Assembly: GCA_964036045.1 (NCBI GenBank)
Contig: OZ038378.1
Location: forward strand, 53,692,001 to 53,756,000
DNA length: 64,000 bases
Origin: Eutreptiella sp. 'Long Island Sound 2002'
Lineage: Eukaryota; Protista; Euglenida
Direction of reading: 5' to 3'
The notes under the pieces: model-generated
Database searches by the model: none
What the model was told of the DNA's origin: nothing
What the model saw: the letters and a program-made list of their open reading frames with translations, nothing else
Shown here: positions 11,581 through 29,426 of the stretch, piece by piece
Position numbering within the stretch: position 1 is the stretch's first letter
Layout of the letters: every line of letters begins with the position of its first letter
Made by a program: the position numbers and the translations under genes

Positions 11581-12161
11581 ACACCTGCATGTGCATGTGC
11601 ATGTACGTGGTGCGCTGCGATGGTGCTGACGGCAATGCGCCACCTTGAACGGAAACCTTTTTTGGTCTTAGCTCCTAGGTTGCGTGTTACCTCGCGTAGG
11701 ACATTAGTTGCGATGTGCACGAAGTGCCTAAGGTGGTGTCACGAGTGGGAGGCTTCACATAGCCTACCCCTTGGGGACGTCACCAAGGTTTACGCCCTAT
11801 ATGCATGCATTCATTCAAAGTTTTGATATATTATATCATTAGCCTGTTTGATTCTGGACTGAGGGGGGTGGTACCATGGGGTGCAACACATGCATACACT
11901 ATACGACATTGCAAAGTGTTGACCATGACGTTGCACTCTGCCTGTGCCTGGTCTTTGGGCTCAATGAGAGGGAAAGGCAAAACAAGGGGGGGGGGCAGTG
12001 CTAGAAGGGGGTGCTGGAAGTGGTGCTCGAAGGGGTTCCAGCGCTGGAAGGGTTCGCTGGAAGGGTCCGCTAGAAGGGGGTTCCTGTGCAGAAAGGGGTT
12101 CTAGCAAGGGGTTCCAGCAGGGGTTCTAGCGGTCACACCTTGCCCGTTTGTCACAGAAACC

Positions 12162-13702
12162 ATGGAGAGGGCGGTTGCCGCACTTGTGGGTAGCATTCCA
12201 CGGCTCAAGCCATACACGCCCATCAAGGGGAAGGCCCGAGCAGAGCGGCGGCACCACATACAGACCATCATGCGGGAACTTTTAGTGGATCCGGAGGAAG
12301 TTGTCGTTGAGGGTGGTGGGGGCTTGTACATCCGTTTTGCCGGGCACGACGGCGATGAGTACCCTCGTGTAGTGCGGCCTATCGGACAATGGGCCACCGG
12401 TAGGAGATTGAAGTTATCAATACGGCAGAGGTTGGCCCTCTCGCCCGAATGCACGCGCCGCGATCTTGCCGAAACGTCACAAGGTTAACACCGTACTCCA
12501 CCACAACCTACACTATCAATGGCCCCATTATGATCGAGCGGCGGTGCGCAGCGACAGCAACACTAGAAGGCCTCGTTTTTACGCAATTGAAAATAGCTGA
12601 GACCCTAGGGGAGTTTGAAGTGGAAACCGAGAAGATTTGGATTTGAATATGCCCTGATGCAACGTCATTGTGGCACACATCGGTCACTAAGATCGATGTT
12701 TTTGTTACCTGCTAGGCCCCGGGGTTTTTTGCTGCACGGGACATCCACAAATTGGTGATGTGGGTGTGCACGGATGGGCCCGATGACGCCGCACGGCTGC
12801 AGGCTTTAGACGAGGATGCGGGCCTAAATGCCCAAAGCATCCACCTGCAGGAAAGTTGTACATTCCGTGTCAAAAACGAAACCAAAAAGTTTCAATGTAA
12901 TATGACCGGGGAGGGGAAACTAATGATGGTGACGAACGGGGGTGGGGGGGAGAAGTGTTGGTGGGACTGCCTCGATGCCACCGGCCGATAGAGGGCACGG
13001 TAAACAAAATTCAATGGGGGTCATTTCTTCGAAGTGTGTGTATTCGCATTGGAGACTATGCACACGCAGGTTGTAGGGTAACCAATGCTTTCAAGAAGCG
13101 CCGAACAGAAACTTTTACCACGTTAACAGTGGGTGTTCTTGGAGTGCGGTGAATTGCTAGTGAGTTTGCCAATACATGGTCTACCCTTTTAGCAGATGTA
13201 AAGCATGTGGCTCCTGCTGACAGGCTTTTTCAAAGACCACTAAGGCAGGGCAATTTGATATGAGCACCTCCGTGTTGTCCTTGAGAGACCCTAAGTACCA
13301 TGTTCGAATTGTACATGGCCTCAGGAACCATTTTCCTGACACCATGTTTGGTGGTGTCCTCTTGTGGATACTTATTGAAGTGTTGCTCGCAATATACTCA
13401 GCCTATATGCCTTGTGTAGGCAAAAGACACCATTGACCAATGGTCAGGTGCAAGAGGCCAAGACTCACTGCCGTAAAATCGGTGAGGCATGGCTTCGATT
13501 GGGTTGGAATTCAACCCCATGGGTCCACTGGACAGTGGCCCATTGTGGAGCGGTGCTCCAAAAGTATCGTAACCTTTATGCGTTCAGCAGTATACCTGCG
13601 GAACACAGGCATAAGCCTTTCAAACTCGCCTTTCAAACAGCATCCGTGGGTGGTGCCTTCGCCGCCCACGCGTTTCATGACGTGGTCTCACCCATGTATT
13701 GA
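12162..13702 (+). pseudogene. E1 transposase, RAG1/Transib-like DDE
   Basis: ICPDATSLW, CTDGPDD, MTGEGKLMMVTNG...KCWWDC, IGDYAHAGCRV, STPWVHWTVAH...FSSIPAEHRHKPFK. Colinear with 59394-60950 and 47731-49300. Confidence 0.75.
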
Positions 13703-14235
13703 ACGTGGAGACCCTTGACGTGGGGTTACGACACTGAGCGGCCCTGCAAAGGCTTGTTCTTGGCGAGGCCACAAAGGACCGAAGAAAAAGGCACTGCATG
13801 TACGCTTGAGAAACCAAGTTTGAACCCGGTGGATGCATTTAGTGCCCTTCTTGCAAAAATCCTTTGCGCACAAACCCCCCCGCAGAAAGGGTGCAGAAAG
13901 GGGGTTCCAGCGCACAAAGGGTGTACAGAAGGGGTGCCGAACGGGGGTTCTAGCGCACAAAGGGGGGTGCACGAAGGGCGCACAAAGGGTGCAGAAAGGG
14001 TGAAGAAAGGGTGCTAGAACCCCACTTCCAGCAAAAGGGGGGGGTGTAGAAAATCCGGCAAAACGGACCGTTTCGGACAAAAGTGAAAATCAGCCACCAA
14101 AAGGGGCATAAACATGTGGTGATTGGCCCCAAACCACTTTCTAACCACACAAGGTGGTGCGGCTGGGGTAATCATGCAAAAAGGGCGCTAGAAGGGGGGG
14201 GTCTTTGCGCACACCTTCTAGCGACGCACCCCACT

Positions 14236-15154
14236 TGATGCGAGCACCATCAAAAGCCCCTTGGGGTACGTCGCCTTGGTGGTCCGCAGGGGTTCACGGG
14301 CGTTTCTGTGTTTGTTTGGGATTAATGACCCCCCCCCAACGCAAAAGCTATTTCTTCCTCAGGCTCTGCTTCGTTGATGAAGCGACGGGGGAATACATTG
14401 GGTGGGAGATGTGGCAGAAGCTGGGCAGGGGGTCGGACATCCACCAAATGGGGGGGTTACGACCCCGCCCAAAGTGTGTGTGATGCAACCGGTTTGAGGG
14501 CTCAGGAGTATGCGCCCAAGGGGGGAAGGCCCACAAAGCGGGGGCATGAAGTGGTGGTGGTGGAGGCGGAGGAGGGCCACCCCCCCACCCCTAAGGGTAA
14601 AGCCCCCACCCCCGCCCCTAAGCCATCGAAGGTGGCCAAGGTGGTAGCCCAGTCCCCCCCCTCCCCCCTTGATGTGGGGGGCTTGCATGGCCGCCACTGT
14701 GGCCACCCACGGGATGGACGCTTGCAAGACTTTGGTGGAGCAAGCAACCGTCACGGGGGTGGAGGCCCCATAGGATAGGGGAAGGGCAGCCGACAGCAGG
14801 TCGGCCTTGTCAAGGGCACAGAAGGTCCAGGGCAACACTTAGTGTGCCCTGGACCGTTCCCTTGAAGTGGCCAACAAGAGGGGGGAGGAGTTGGTGGCGC
14901 TGAGGGGGGACCTGAAGGAGGCCAACGAGGGGAGACAAAAGGCCGAGGTGGAGGCCCCACAGCTGAGGGTGGAGGTGGAGGCGTTGCGCAGGACGAGGAA
15001 TGACCTCCAACAGCGCTTGGGGGTGGCTGAGGCACAGCTGAGGGTGGAGGCGGAGGCGATGCGCAGGACGAGGGATGACCTCCAACAGCGCGTGACTGAG
15101 GCGCAGGTGCGCAGCCTCAACTCCACCCTCAGCGCCACCTACACCGCCCAATAG
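14236..15154 (+). pseudogene. Coiled-coil cargo gene of element X (5' part at about 600-673, split by E1)
   Basis: ORF 14867-15154 has a duplicated QLRVE(V/A)EA(L/M)RRTR(N/D)DLQQR heptad unit. Across the E1 empty site one frame reads WPLLLPTLDASTIKSPLGYVALVVRRG. Confidence 0.5.
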
Positions 15155-15195
15155 GCAGGGGTGTAGAGTCAGGGTAGCAGCACGAGTGGGAGTCA

Positions 15196-15389
15196 ATGAC
15201 TCTGGGTTTGCTGAGGGGGTTGCCTAAGGGCATTTTTCGGGCGGAGGAGCGATATGGGGCCCCAGGGGACATGTGCCACTTGGACCTCGTGGGCAGCGGA
15301 AACCGCAACCCCTCTAATTGTAAGTTGACTAGGGTGGTTGCTGCTACCTTGCGGCCTCCCCTCACCCCCTTGGTTGCGGGGCTCAATGA

Positions 15390-15390
<1 letters not shown>
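15196..15390 (+). pseudogene. 5' part of the X-borne TET/JBP-like 2OG-Fe(II) dioxygenase
   Basis: The frame ends ...LTPLVAGLNED at the (TA)n tract; a plausible continuation (RHAPTWFTWCRFQ) lies at about 27325 after the last (TA)n. Confidence 0.4.

Positions 15391-15455
<65 letters not shown>
15391..15455. repeat. (TA)n microsatellite
   Basis: Directly visible. Confidence 0.97.
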
Positions 15456-15943
15456 TCCTTTGGCTACAGGTACGCATTTCATAAAGTCCGGTCTTCCGGT
15501 ATGCCCGGTCTTCAGGCTTCGCGCAGTTCATTCTAGCAACACTTCTACTTTACGCCGGTTTACGCAGTTTATGCAGTTTATGCAGACCGCACAATTTATG
15601 CAATTCGTGTGGGAACACAGAAGACCGGTCCTGGCCGGTCCGCCCGGTCTGATCTGGTCTCTGTACTAATTGCATAAAACCCCTTAGACCGAGCGGTCCG
15701 ATCAGTTTGCGCAGGTCATTTCACTCGAAAGTGTACGTGCGTTTGTGTGTGTGTGTGTGTGTGTGTGGTGTATGTGTGTTTGTGTGTTTGCACGTGTGTG
15801 TTTGTTTGTGCCACATACCAATACCTTGCATCCCCAGCCAGAGCCGTTGAGGGGTGCCCGCATTCGGGGTCGTTACCTCTATTATACGGCGGGAGCTTCG
15901 CAATGGCGCACTTCCCCCCATGCCGTATGACCGTCCTTCAGCC

Positions 15944-17293
15944 CTACTGATGGTACTTCGCAAAGCAATCAATGTGCAACGAAACGCCACAAGCTTGGCA
16001 TTTTTACATCGACGTTCGGCCCGACAGCACACACATGTGCCTCGCTTGGCACGGATAGGGAGGTGCTTTGCCTGCACCTCATTTTTTCGGGCAGGAAAGA
16101 TGTACCGCATGAGACGCCACTGCCAATTGTGCATGCTTTCCACTGGGGCACAAAGTTTCAACGCTTTGCACGAGGTAAAAGCGTTGGTGGATGCCGTGCG
16201 CAGCAACATGCCGTTCAAAGCCTTCCACTAGTTTGGAAACCGCTGCTCCACCCGATGCTGCAAGCACAGCTGGTTCCACACATCGACCCCGGGTGCAAAT
16301 GTGCGGTAGTTGGCCACAATGCTGGGTAGGCGATACCTACGCTTCCGCCATACATGGGGGCCATGGTGGCACTTGGTGACCAAGGGCACAGCCCGGGCGG
16401 CCTCTTGCCCACCTTTGGGCTTTTGAATATGCTTAGCGCATACCCATCCTCCTTGTGAACCACTGTGTTCACCTTCTGAGGCTGTAGCCCCTTGCTTCCT
16501 TGCTCAACGAGATCTGCCGATTAGGGGATAAGCATCAAGAAGGGTCGAGACTGTGTCGCTAGAGACCTAGCTGTACCATCGGAACCAAAGTAGGTGTCCG
16601 CCACCAACACCCGGTCGCTGGGTGCCACATCATGCCACAGTTGCACAATGTCCGTGGGGGTGTAATGGCTAGCATAGGTGGTTGGAGGTGGGGGGGTTTC
16701 ACGAGGCATTGCACCACGATACAAATAAAATGCCAAACGTACCGGTCCTGAGCATCACACACGAGATACAATTTTACCCCCGTGGTATGCGGTTTCCGAG
16801 GGATAAATTGTCTAAATAGGAATAGGCCCTTGTGTGGGACGATAGATTCATCGCGACATATAATGTCACCTAATACCCACCCATTGTGCCATTGTTGGGT
16901 GCACATCTCAATCAGACCATCCACACCCGGATCCGCGAAGCGTTGCAACTTGTAGAACGCCCCAGGGTCCGGGAAGGGGTACTCCATGTAGGGGTTGTAG
17001 TACATGCTGTCCCTATCCCATAGGTCATCAATGCGGCGGGGTTGTAGCATTCCGAGACCTAATCGGAAAAGGATGTAGCGGGGTAGCAAGGGGACCAAGT
17101 GGGCATGCCCCTTGGCGCGGAGGCAAATGTCCCTGCACGCCATGATGGGCCGCATCATGTACTCATACACCGTGACCGGTGTGTCCGCGGCGCGTGTACC
17201 CTCCAATAGGCTGGTGCCTCGTGCAACACTTTGGGTGAAGTCATACAAAGCCTCATTAGGATCCAATGGACGCGGTTGCCAATCCGATTGCAT
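15944..17293 (-). pseudogene. piggyBac-type transposase (DDE_Tnp_1_7) with C-terminal Cys-rich domain
   Basis: CRDESIVPHKG...RQFIPRKPHTTGVKLY, VLVADTYFGS, PSIVANYRTFAPGVDVWNQ and CVCC...KCQACGVSLHIDCFAKYH*. Frameshifts and stops. Confidence 0.9.
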
Positions 17294-17699
17294 AGTGATT
17301 TGATTGCAGTAGAGGGAAAAGGAAATTTGCTGCACAAACTGCACAAACTTCAGGAACAGGCCACACCACCCCGTTTGTTGCACTTTACTCGAAGACCGCT
17401 ACAGACCGGTCCGCACCGGTCCTTGGACAAACTGCACCAACTCATCTAAACTGTCCGGTCCGAGCAGTTTATGCAGTTTATGCTGGTTGTTCAATTTTTC
17501 TATTCTTTACCTGTTTTCTCTATATTGTCTACCGATTAGCTACTTTTTATTTCTATTTCTATTTCTATTTCTTTAGCAGGGGGGGGGGGGGGGGCATAGA
17601 GGGGGGGGTGGCCTTTTGCTGATAGACTGAGAAGGTCACATGCAATGGGCATTGTAGCAATTCGTTGAACAAACAACATGGGTCGGCAATGTTTGAAGA

Positions 17700-20450
17700 A
17701 AGTGTTGTAGAAGCGAGCACCACCAACGGCATGGCTCACCACGGCACCACCATGGAAAAGCGGTCCGGGGTGCTTTAAGCAGTGCCCGGGACATCAGAGC
17801 CAAGGCCAGCATCAACACCCGCATCACCACCAGCCGGACCGGAATCATCGGAACCATCGGGCTCATCATTGTTTTTCTTAGCATCCAATTTAGCTTGCAA
17901 TTGGGCCTCCATTTGCCTTTGCTTCAGGAGGAACATCTGGTTCACATTGGTGTTCCTATTCTTCGTGTACCCGCGCACAAAGGCCACCTGCAGCTGCAGC
18001 CCCTGAGTGCTTGCGTCCTCAGCCTGGAAAAAATGCAACAAAACGCACAAACTGCACGAAGCGCTTGGACCGCGCGGTTCGTTTCAGTTTATGAGAAGAC
18101 TGGTACGAACCGGTCCGGACCGGTCCTTGTACAAACCGCGTAAAACGATCCAAACGGGCCGGTCCGATCATTTCGAGCAGTTTATGCAATTGATACAGTT
18201 CACACCTGTTGCTCGGGATCAATTTCCTCGTTCGAGTCTGTGTCCTCTTATTTCGGGGCTTCTTCTTCCTGTTTTTTCTCCTCTTCTCTTGTCTCCGTCT
18301 TTCCTCCATTGCCTGAGTTGGCGGCTTCCACTCGCACTTGCATTGTTATGTTGTACAACGTTACGTTAGCCCATGCAATGATAACCACAACCCCGCAACA
18401 TGGCAACAAACCTTCCCGCTACGCAAGGCATCCAACTCTTCTCGGAGCCGTTGCTGCTCCCTCTTCATCCGCTCCAACTCCTCCGCCCGGTCGCGCATAA
18501 GCTAGTCCGCCTGCCCCTGCGCTTCGCGCGCCTCTTGCTTCTCGCGCGCCCGCTCCAGCTCCCGCCTGTCTCTTTCGGCCTATCATAAGCAACGAAATGG
18601 GACAAACTGCATAAAGCGATCGAAACGATCGGACCGGACAGTTCATTTGACTTGGCACAGAAACCGGTCTGGACCGGTCTTGCACAAACAGCATAAACCG
18701 ATCGAAACGATCGGACCGGACAGTTCGTCTCAGTTGACACAAAGACCGGTGTGGACCATTCTTCGAACAAACAGTTCAAGCTGCGACAGACTACAAAAAC
18801 AGACCTCTTTCAAGGCCCATTGATGCTTTGCTTCCTCCATTCTTTCCCATTGGCGGGCAAACCAAGGGATGGACTGGATCTCCGCCAAGAGCCCTTCGGT
18901 GCTTCGGGTGCTCTCCAACGGTTCCTCCTAGTTGGCATCCGGCAGCCCCTTGTGGTGCAGCTATGGGCATAAAGGGTTAAGAAAACGAAAGGAACAAGAC
19001 AGGTCGAGGGGGTGGGGGGGACAATTTTTTACATGTATAATCTTATGCTGCGTCCGACAAAGCTCACGGCGCAGCAATTTGTAGCGGTTCCGCACGTCCG
19101 CAGTCCACATATCCTCCAGCGGGGGCGTGAGGAGGTCGAGCAACCGCTTCGCTGGGGACTGGTGCGGACGGGGTGCACCGGTAGCGCCGGTCACGGGATT
19201 GCGGCGGGGGTTGGATCGGGATGAACAGGAGGGGCTGGGGTCGCGCGGCGGGGAGTAGGGGTCGTAGTCCCCGTGTTCCTGGTTTTCTTTCTTCACCCAT
19301 GAGCCTCGGCACTTCCCGATGTTGCGCAAGAGGTCCTTTGCAGAAAAACAACACAAAAGGGTATAAACGGGTCGAACCGGTCGGACCGCTCAATTTAGCG
19401 CGTTTTATGCAGTTTGTTCAAAGAACGGTCCGGACCGGTCCGGTCCGGTCTTTACACGAAGTGAAATGAACGGTTCTGTCTCGTCTGTTCGATCAATTTG
19501 TCACGTCTTATGCAGTTGGCGCAGAAGAAGTACACACCTGCATAATCCTTGTACTTGTAGGCTTCACCGCGGAGCGTGGGCACACCGTTCGTTGGCGAGG
19601 GGATGTACTCGCTCCGCAGAAAGAAGTGCCAGCGCAGCAGGTCGTTGGGGACCTCCAGCACCAATCTCAGCGCGGCCACCAATTGCTTCTTGGTGTACAT
19701 GTTGCTCCTCAGGCACAACTTGACATGGGTCCCCACGGAGTCTATTGAAACCCCGTATTGTTCCAACCCATTGTTGACCCGAACCACCTCCCTGTTGGTG
19801 AGGGTGGCATCGTCCTCCTGTGAGGCCTTGCGCCCCCTTTTTGATTCCCGCCTTTGATTGGGGTCGTCCTCCTCGCTATCCTGCTCCTGGAAAAATTCTT
19901 GTTACAAAGTTTTCTTACGCCTACCCTTTCCCTTTTCCTATTTCTTGAGTTTCTCCTCCTCTTCGCTCAACGAGTTCCTCCTCTACAATCGACCCCTCCA
20001 CTCCCTTGTTCTCGTCCTCCCCCTCTTCATCCTCGTCCTCCTCGTCACCATCCTCCTCCTCATCCTCGTCCACATCCACAAGCGTCTTGGACCTCTTTGC
20101 CTGACTCCCCGATGCCCGCTATTGCACCCTCTCCTTGGGGGTCTTTGCCTTGGCACCCTTCTAATTCACCCAACTTCCCACAACCGTCTCGGCCTCAAAC
20201 ACCACATCCCCTTTGTTCTGTTGCCTCTTGACGTTTCCATTTTTGTCTTCCGTGTATTCTTTGGTGTTTGTGAGGGTCACCTTCCCTTTTTCCACCTTGG
20301 ACACCAACCCACTGAAACGGGCTTCGTGTGAGCCTTTCTTCAAGAAAACTACCCAGTGCCCTTTCTCAATGTTCTTGAAGGACTAGGGGACCACCTTAGT
20401 ATCCTTGTTGGCATGGGGGAGGGCTTGACCGGGACCCCACAGGCATGGCA
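17700..20450 (-). pseudogene. Accessory spliced gene(s) of element D, function unknown
   Basis: Coding-like exons at about 17780-18025, 18790-19335, 19560-20343, with pyrimidine-rich AG acceptors (ttttttccag, tttttctgcaaag). Includes a charged low-complexity segment. Confidence 0.45.
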
Positions 20451-21129
20451 AGGAAGAAACTGAAGCAAAAAGGTGGAAAAACCTCTTGAACATTAGAAAA
20501 AAGCACAAGCTGCACGAACTGCACGAACCGGTCGGACCGGCCCGTTCATTTCACTTTAGATGAAGACCGGTCCAGACCGGTCTGGACCGGTCTGCGTACC
20601 AGCTGCGCGAAATCTCCTAAACGGAATGTGCTACACGGCAAAGCTTATTAACCTGTCATAGTGGCCTAACGTCCTTTGGGGAGCATGCCTACACAAGCAT
20701 AGCAAAGCAAGGAGAGTGCAAAACACCTGCACCACCATAAATTGCACTGTAACCGCTCGGTTCATACTAGTTGAAACGGAGACCGGTGTGGACCGGTGTA
20801 GACCAGCCTCTCGACAAACTGCATAAGGTGATATCTCACAATGGCTCTACATTTACATGCCCATCATGCAATGTTAAGGTGTTCCAATACCATGAGAACC
20901 CTGGGGAAACATCCATGCAACGTGTGGAGTACATGGTATGTGTGTGCACGCTCCGTAGGTGCGTTGTATGTGCATGTTGTTTGAAGTGTGGTGAGCTGCG
21001 CAAACTCATCGGACCGCCAAGTTCGTTTGAGTTGGTACAAAGACCGGTCTAGACCGGTCTTGTGGTCTGCCGAACTAGTCTACATGTAAAACTCTAATCC
21101 TCCATTGAATCATCAAAAACCACCAAAAC

Positions 21130-27183
<6,054 letters not shown>

Positions 27184-27233
27184 TACACACACACACACAC
27201 ACACACATACACACACACACACACACACACATG

Positions 27234-27323
<90 letters not shown>

Positions 27324-27324
27324 T

Positions 27325-27803
27325 TGCACACGCCATGCACCAACATGGTTCACATGGTGTAGGTTCCAAATTGCTCACCCCCAAGGGACTGAGACCATGG
27401 GCCTTCACGCCCATTTGGTGATGGGGCGCCCATGGCGCTGATTGTGTGTGTGGGGTCTTTTAGGAGAGGATATTTTCTGGGTGTAGACTGGTGGCCTGCT
27501 GAATCCCTCCCTCAGGGACAAAAAGCGGCACATCCGTGTGTACACGTATTGAGGTTTGGGGGTGGGACTAACAAGGCCAAACCCCAGCCCGACGACACGG
27601 GAGCCCCAGTGTTGTTCAACAACCGGGCACTACACGCTCCATTGCCATGGGAGGGTGAGCGATTTAGCGTGATTTTCTATAGTGCAGGGGGGTTGCTGCA
27701 TTGCACGCCTACGTGGCGGCAGCAACTTGTGGACCTTGGTTTTAGGCCGCCCAATGTGTTCTCACCCGTCAAGGTAGTGCGCACCAACCTCTGCTCTAAC
27801 TAG
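27325..27803 (+). pseudogene. TET/JBP-like 2OG-Fe(II) dioxygenase remnant (3' part)
   Basis: FTWCRFQ...TMGLH, frameshift, GDGAPMALIVCVGSFRRG...GAPVLFNNRALHAPLPWEGERFSVIFY. The H...H...RxSxxFY pattern is typical of this fold; the Asp of HxD falls in the frameshift. Confidence 0.55.
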
Positions 27804-28629
27804 TTATTGTGGTAGTTATCGCGCTCTACCTTGGTGCTCCAACTAGTTATCGTGCTGGGTTACCGCGCCCTAACTTAGTTATCGCGGGGGTTATTGCGTG
27901 GGTTGTTGCGCGTGGTTTTTGAGGCCGTTGCGCCGAAACCGCAGAGTAGGATGCGGATAGAGTAGGCCACTGTATTGGCCAGCACTCCGTTTTACCCCAC
28001 GGCCGTGGGCCTGATCTGTTGCACACTTTCGATTGTACCCCCCTACCCCCTGGCAATCCCCCCCATTGCAATCTGCCCCCCCTCACCGGGGAGACCGCCA
28101 CCTCCATGTTTTTCAAGTTAACATGTATTGTGTTGGTTTGTGTTGCCCATCAGCTTTACGCATGGCCTTGCATTGCTTTCCCATTTCTTCAAATCAGGCA
28201 TTTGTGTGTGTTCTGTGATATTCTCTCTCCAAAGGTGTTGTATGGGTGTGTGTGGGATGCGCTGTTCTGGGGCGTGGTGCGGAACCCCCCCAGTTTTGGG
28301 GGTTGTTAATATTCCTTTGTCTACGACATAAATGACGAATTGGGTCCTTCTACGGGACGGGAGAAACACCCTTGCTTTTACAACGCTTCCGGGGGTTTTT
28401 GAGGAGGCCCGATGCACTCTCGCATGAGTTTTCATGCCGTTCATCCATTTTGAAGGAGAGACGCACTTTGCATGTTGCCTGTGCCTCTGCTTCCATCGTT
28501 CTTAGCGTTGTATAGGTGCCGCCTGTCGGCCGCGTTTTTCGCGTCTCGCTTTGGTGCTTTCACATGTGCTTGTAGAGGTATGTTTGCTTCGTCTGCCGCG
28601 TTCTATTGGTCTTCCCCGTTCCCCATGAG

Positions 28630-29389
28630 GCCCTCTTCTCACAAAATGCCCACCCCACTGTACCCCAACAACTGCAAGCAGTGGCCGAAGCTTGATGGGT
28701 TGTTGGAGAAGTGGAAGCCGAAGGAGGCGGGCCAGATGAGCTTCGTTGTTTTCTAGCTAAAAGCGCAGGCATGTATGTGCCCGCAACATGCAACGTTCGT
28801 TGTCCTCGTTCGTTTTGTCCGTCACTTGCTTACTCGACAGTGCCTCTTGGTTCCGTTGCCCATGCTTTCCTACTCGTGATTGCATTTTTTTGGCACAGCG
28901 GGGTGCTAGTGCGGCTGTGTCAAGCAGAGGGCCAAGAAGCAGAAGAAGGTGCCGGATGGTTGGGATGCCACCAAGAGCTTCTACTTGACCACCGTGCAGT
29001 TGTAGCAGGTCAAGGTGCCGAAGGCCGCGAAGAAGGGGGGCCTGCACCAGGTTTGCGACTGCCGTAGCAAGGAAGATCAGTGGTTCAAGTACAAGAGGGT
29101 ACCTCAATGCGTTGCAAGTGTGCCTCTCGGGTCATGGTGGCCTGTGCTGTGTTTTCCTCGTTTCGGACGTGCTGTATCATTGCCTCCGAACGCGCTTCTG
29201 GGATCGTTTTGCGCGTTATCCACGTTCTGCGCGTTCCGGTAATCTACCTCCACCGCTGCTTCTGGATGCACGTCTTGCGTTTTTCGTGTTCCGTACGTTC
29301 TTTGGGTGTTGCAGAAAGACCGGTTTTGGGCCTGGGCGGAGGACACGCCGCAAGGGGAAGAACAAGAGGCGGAGGAGGAAGACAAATCC

Positions 29390-29426
<37 letters not shown>

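Larger units (their letters stand above)
674..14233 (+). mobile_element. Element E1: multigene TG...CA transposon (dioxygenase, coiled-coil, RAG1/Transib-like transposase) containing nested element B
   Basis: TIRs TGGGGTGTGTCGCTAGAAGGTGTGCG (674) and reverse complement TGGGGTGCGTCGCTAGAAGGTGTGCG (ends 14233), one mismatch. CT on both flanks (672-673, 14234-14235). Confidence 0.9.
15456..21070 (-). mobile_element. Element D: multigene piggyBac-like element (right terminus not found)
   Basis: Begins ATAT|TCCTTTGGCTAC like element E (ATAT|TCCTTTGT). Contains a piggyBac transposase and spliced accessory exons, with GACCGGTC palindrome blocks throughout. Confidence 0.7.
15600..21070. repeat. D-specific GACCGGTC / ACCGGTCCGGACCGGT palindromes with TTTATGCAG repeats
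   Basis: Clusters near 15600-15715, 17390-17485, 18050-18200, 18600-18770, 19370-19455, 20510-20600 and 20770-21070, between coding segments. Confidence 0.85.
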
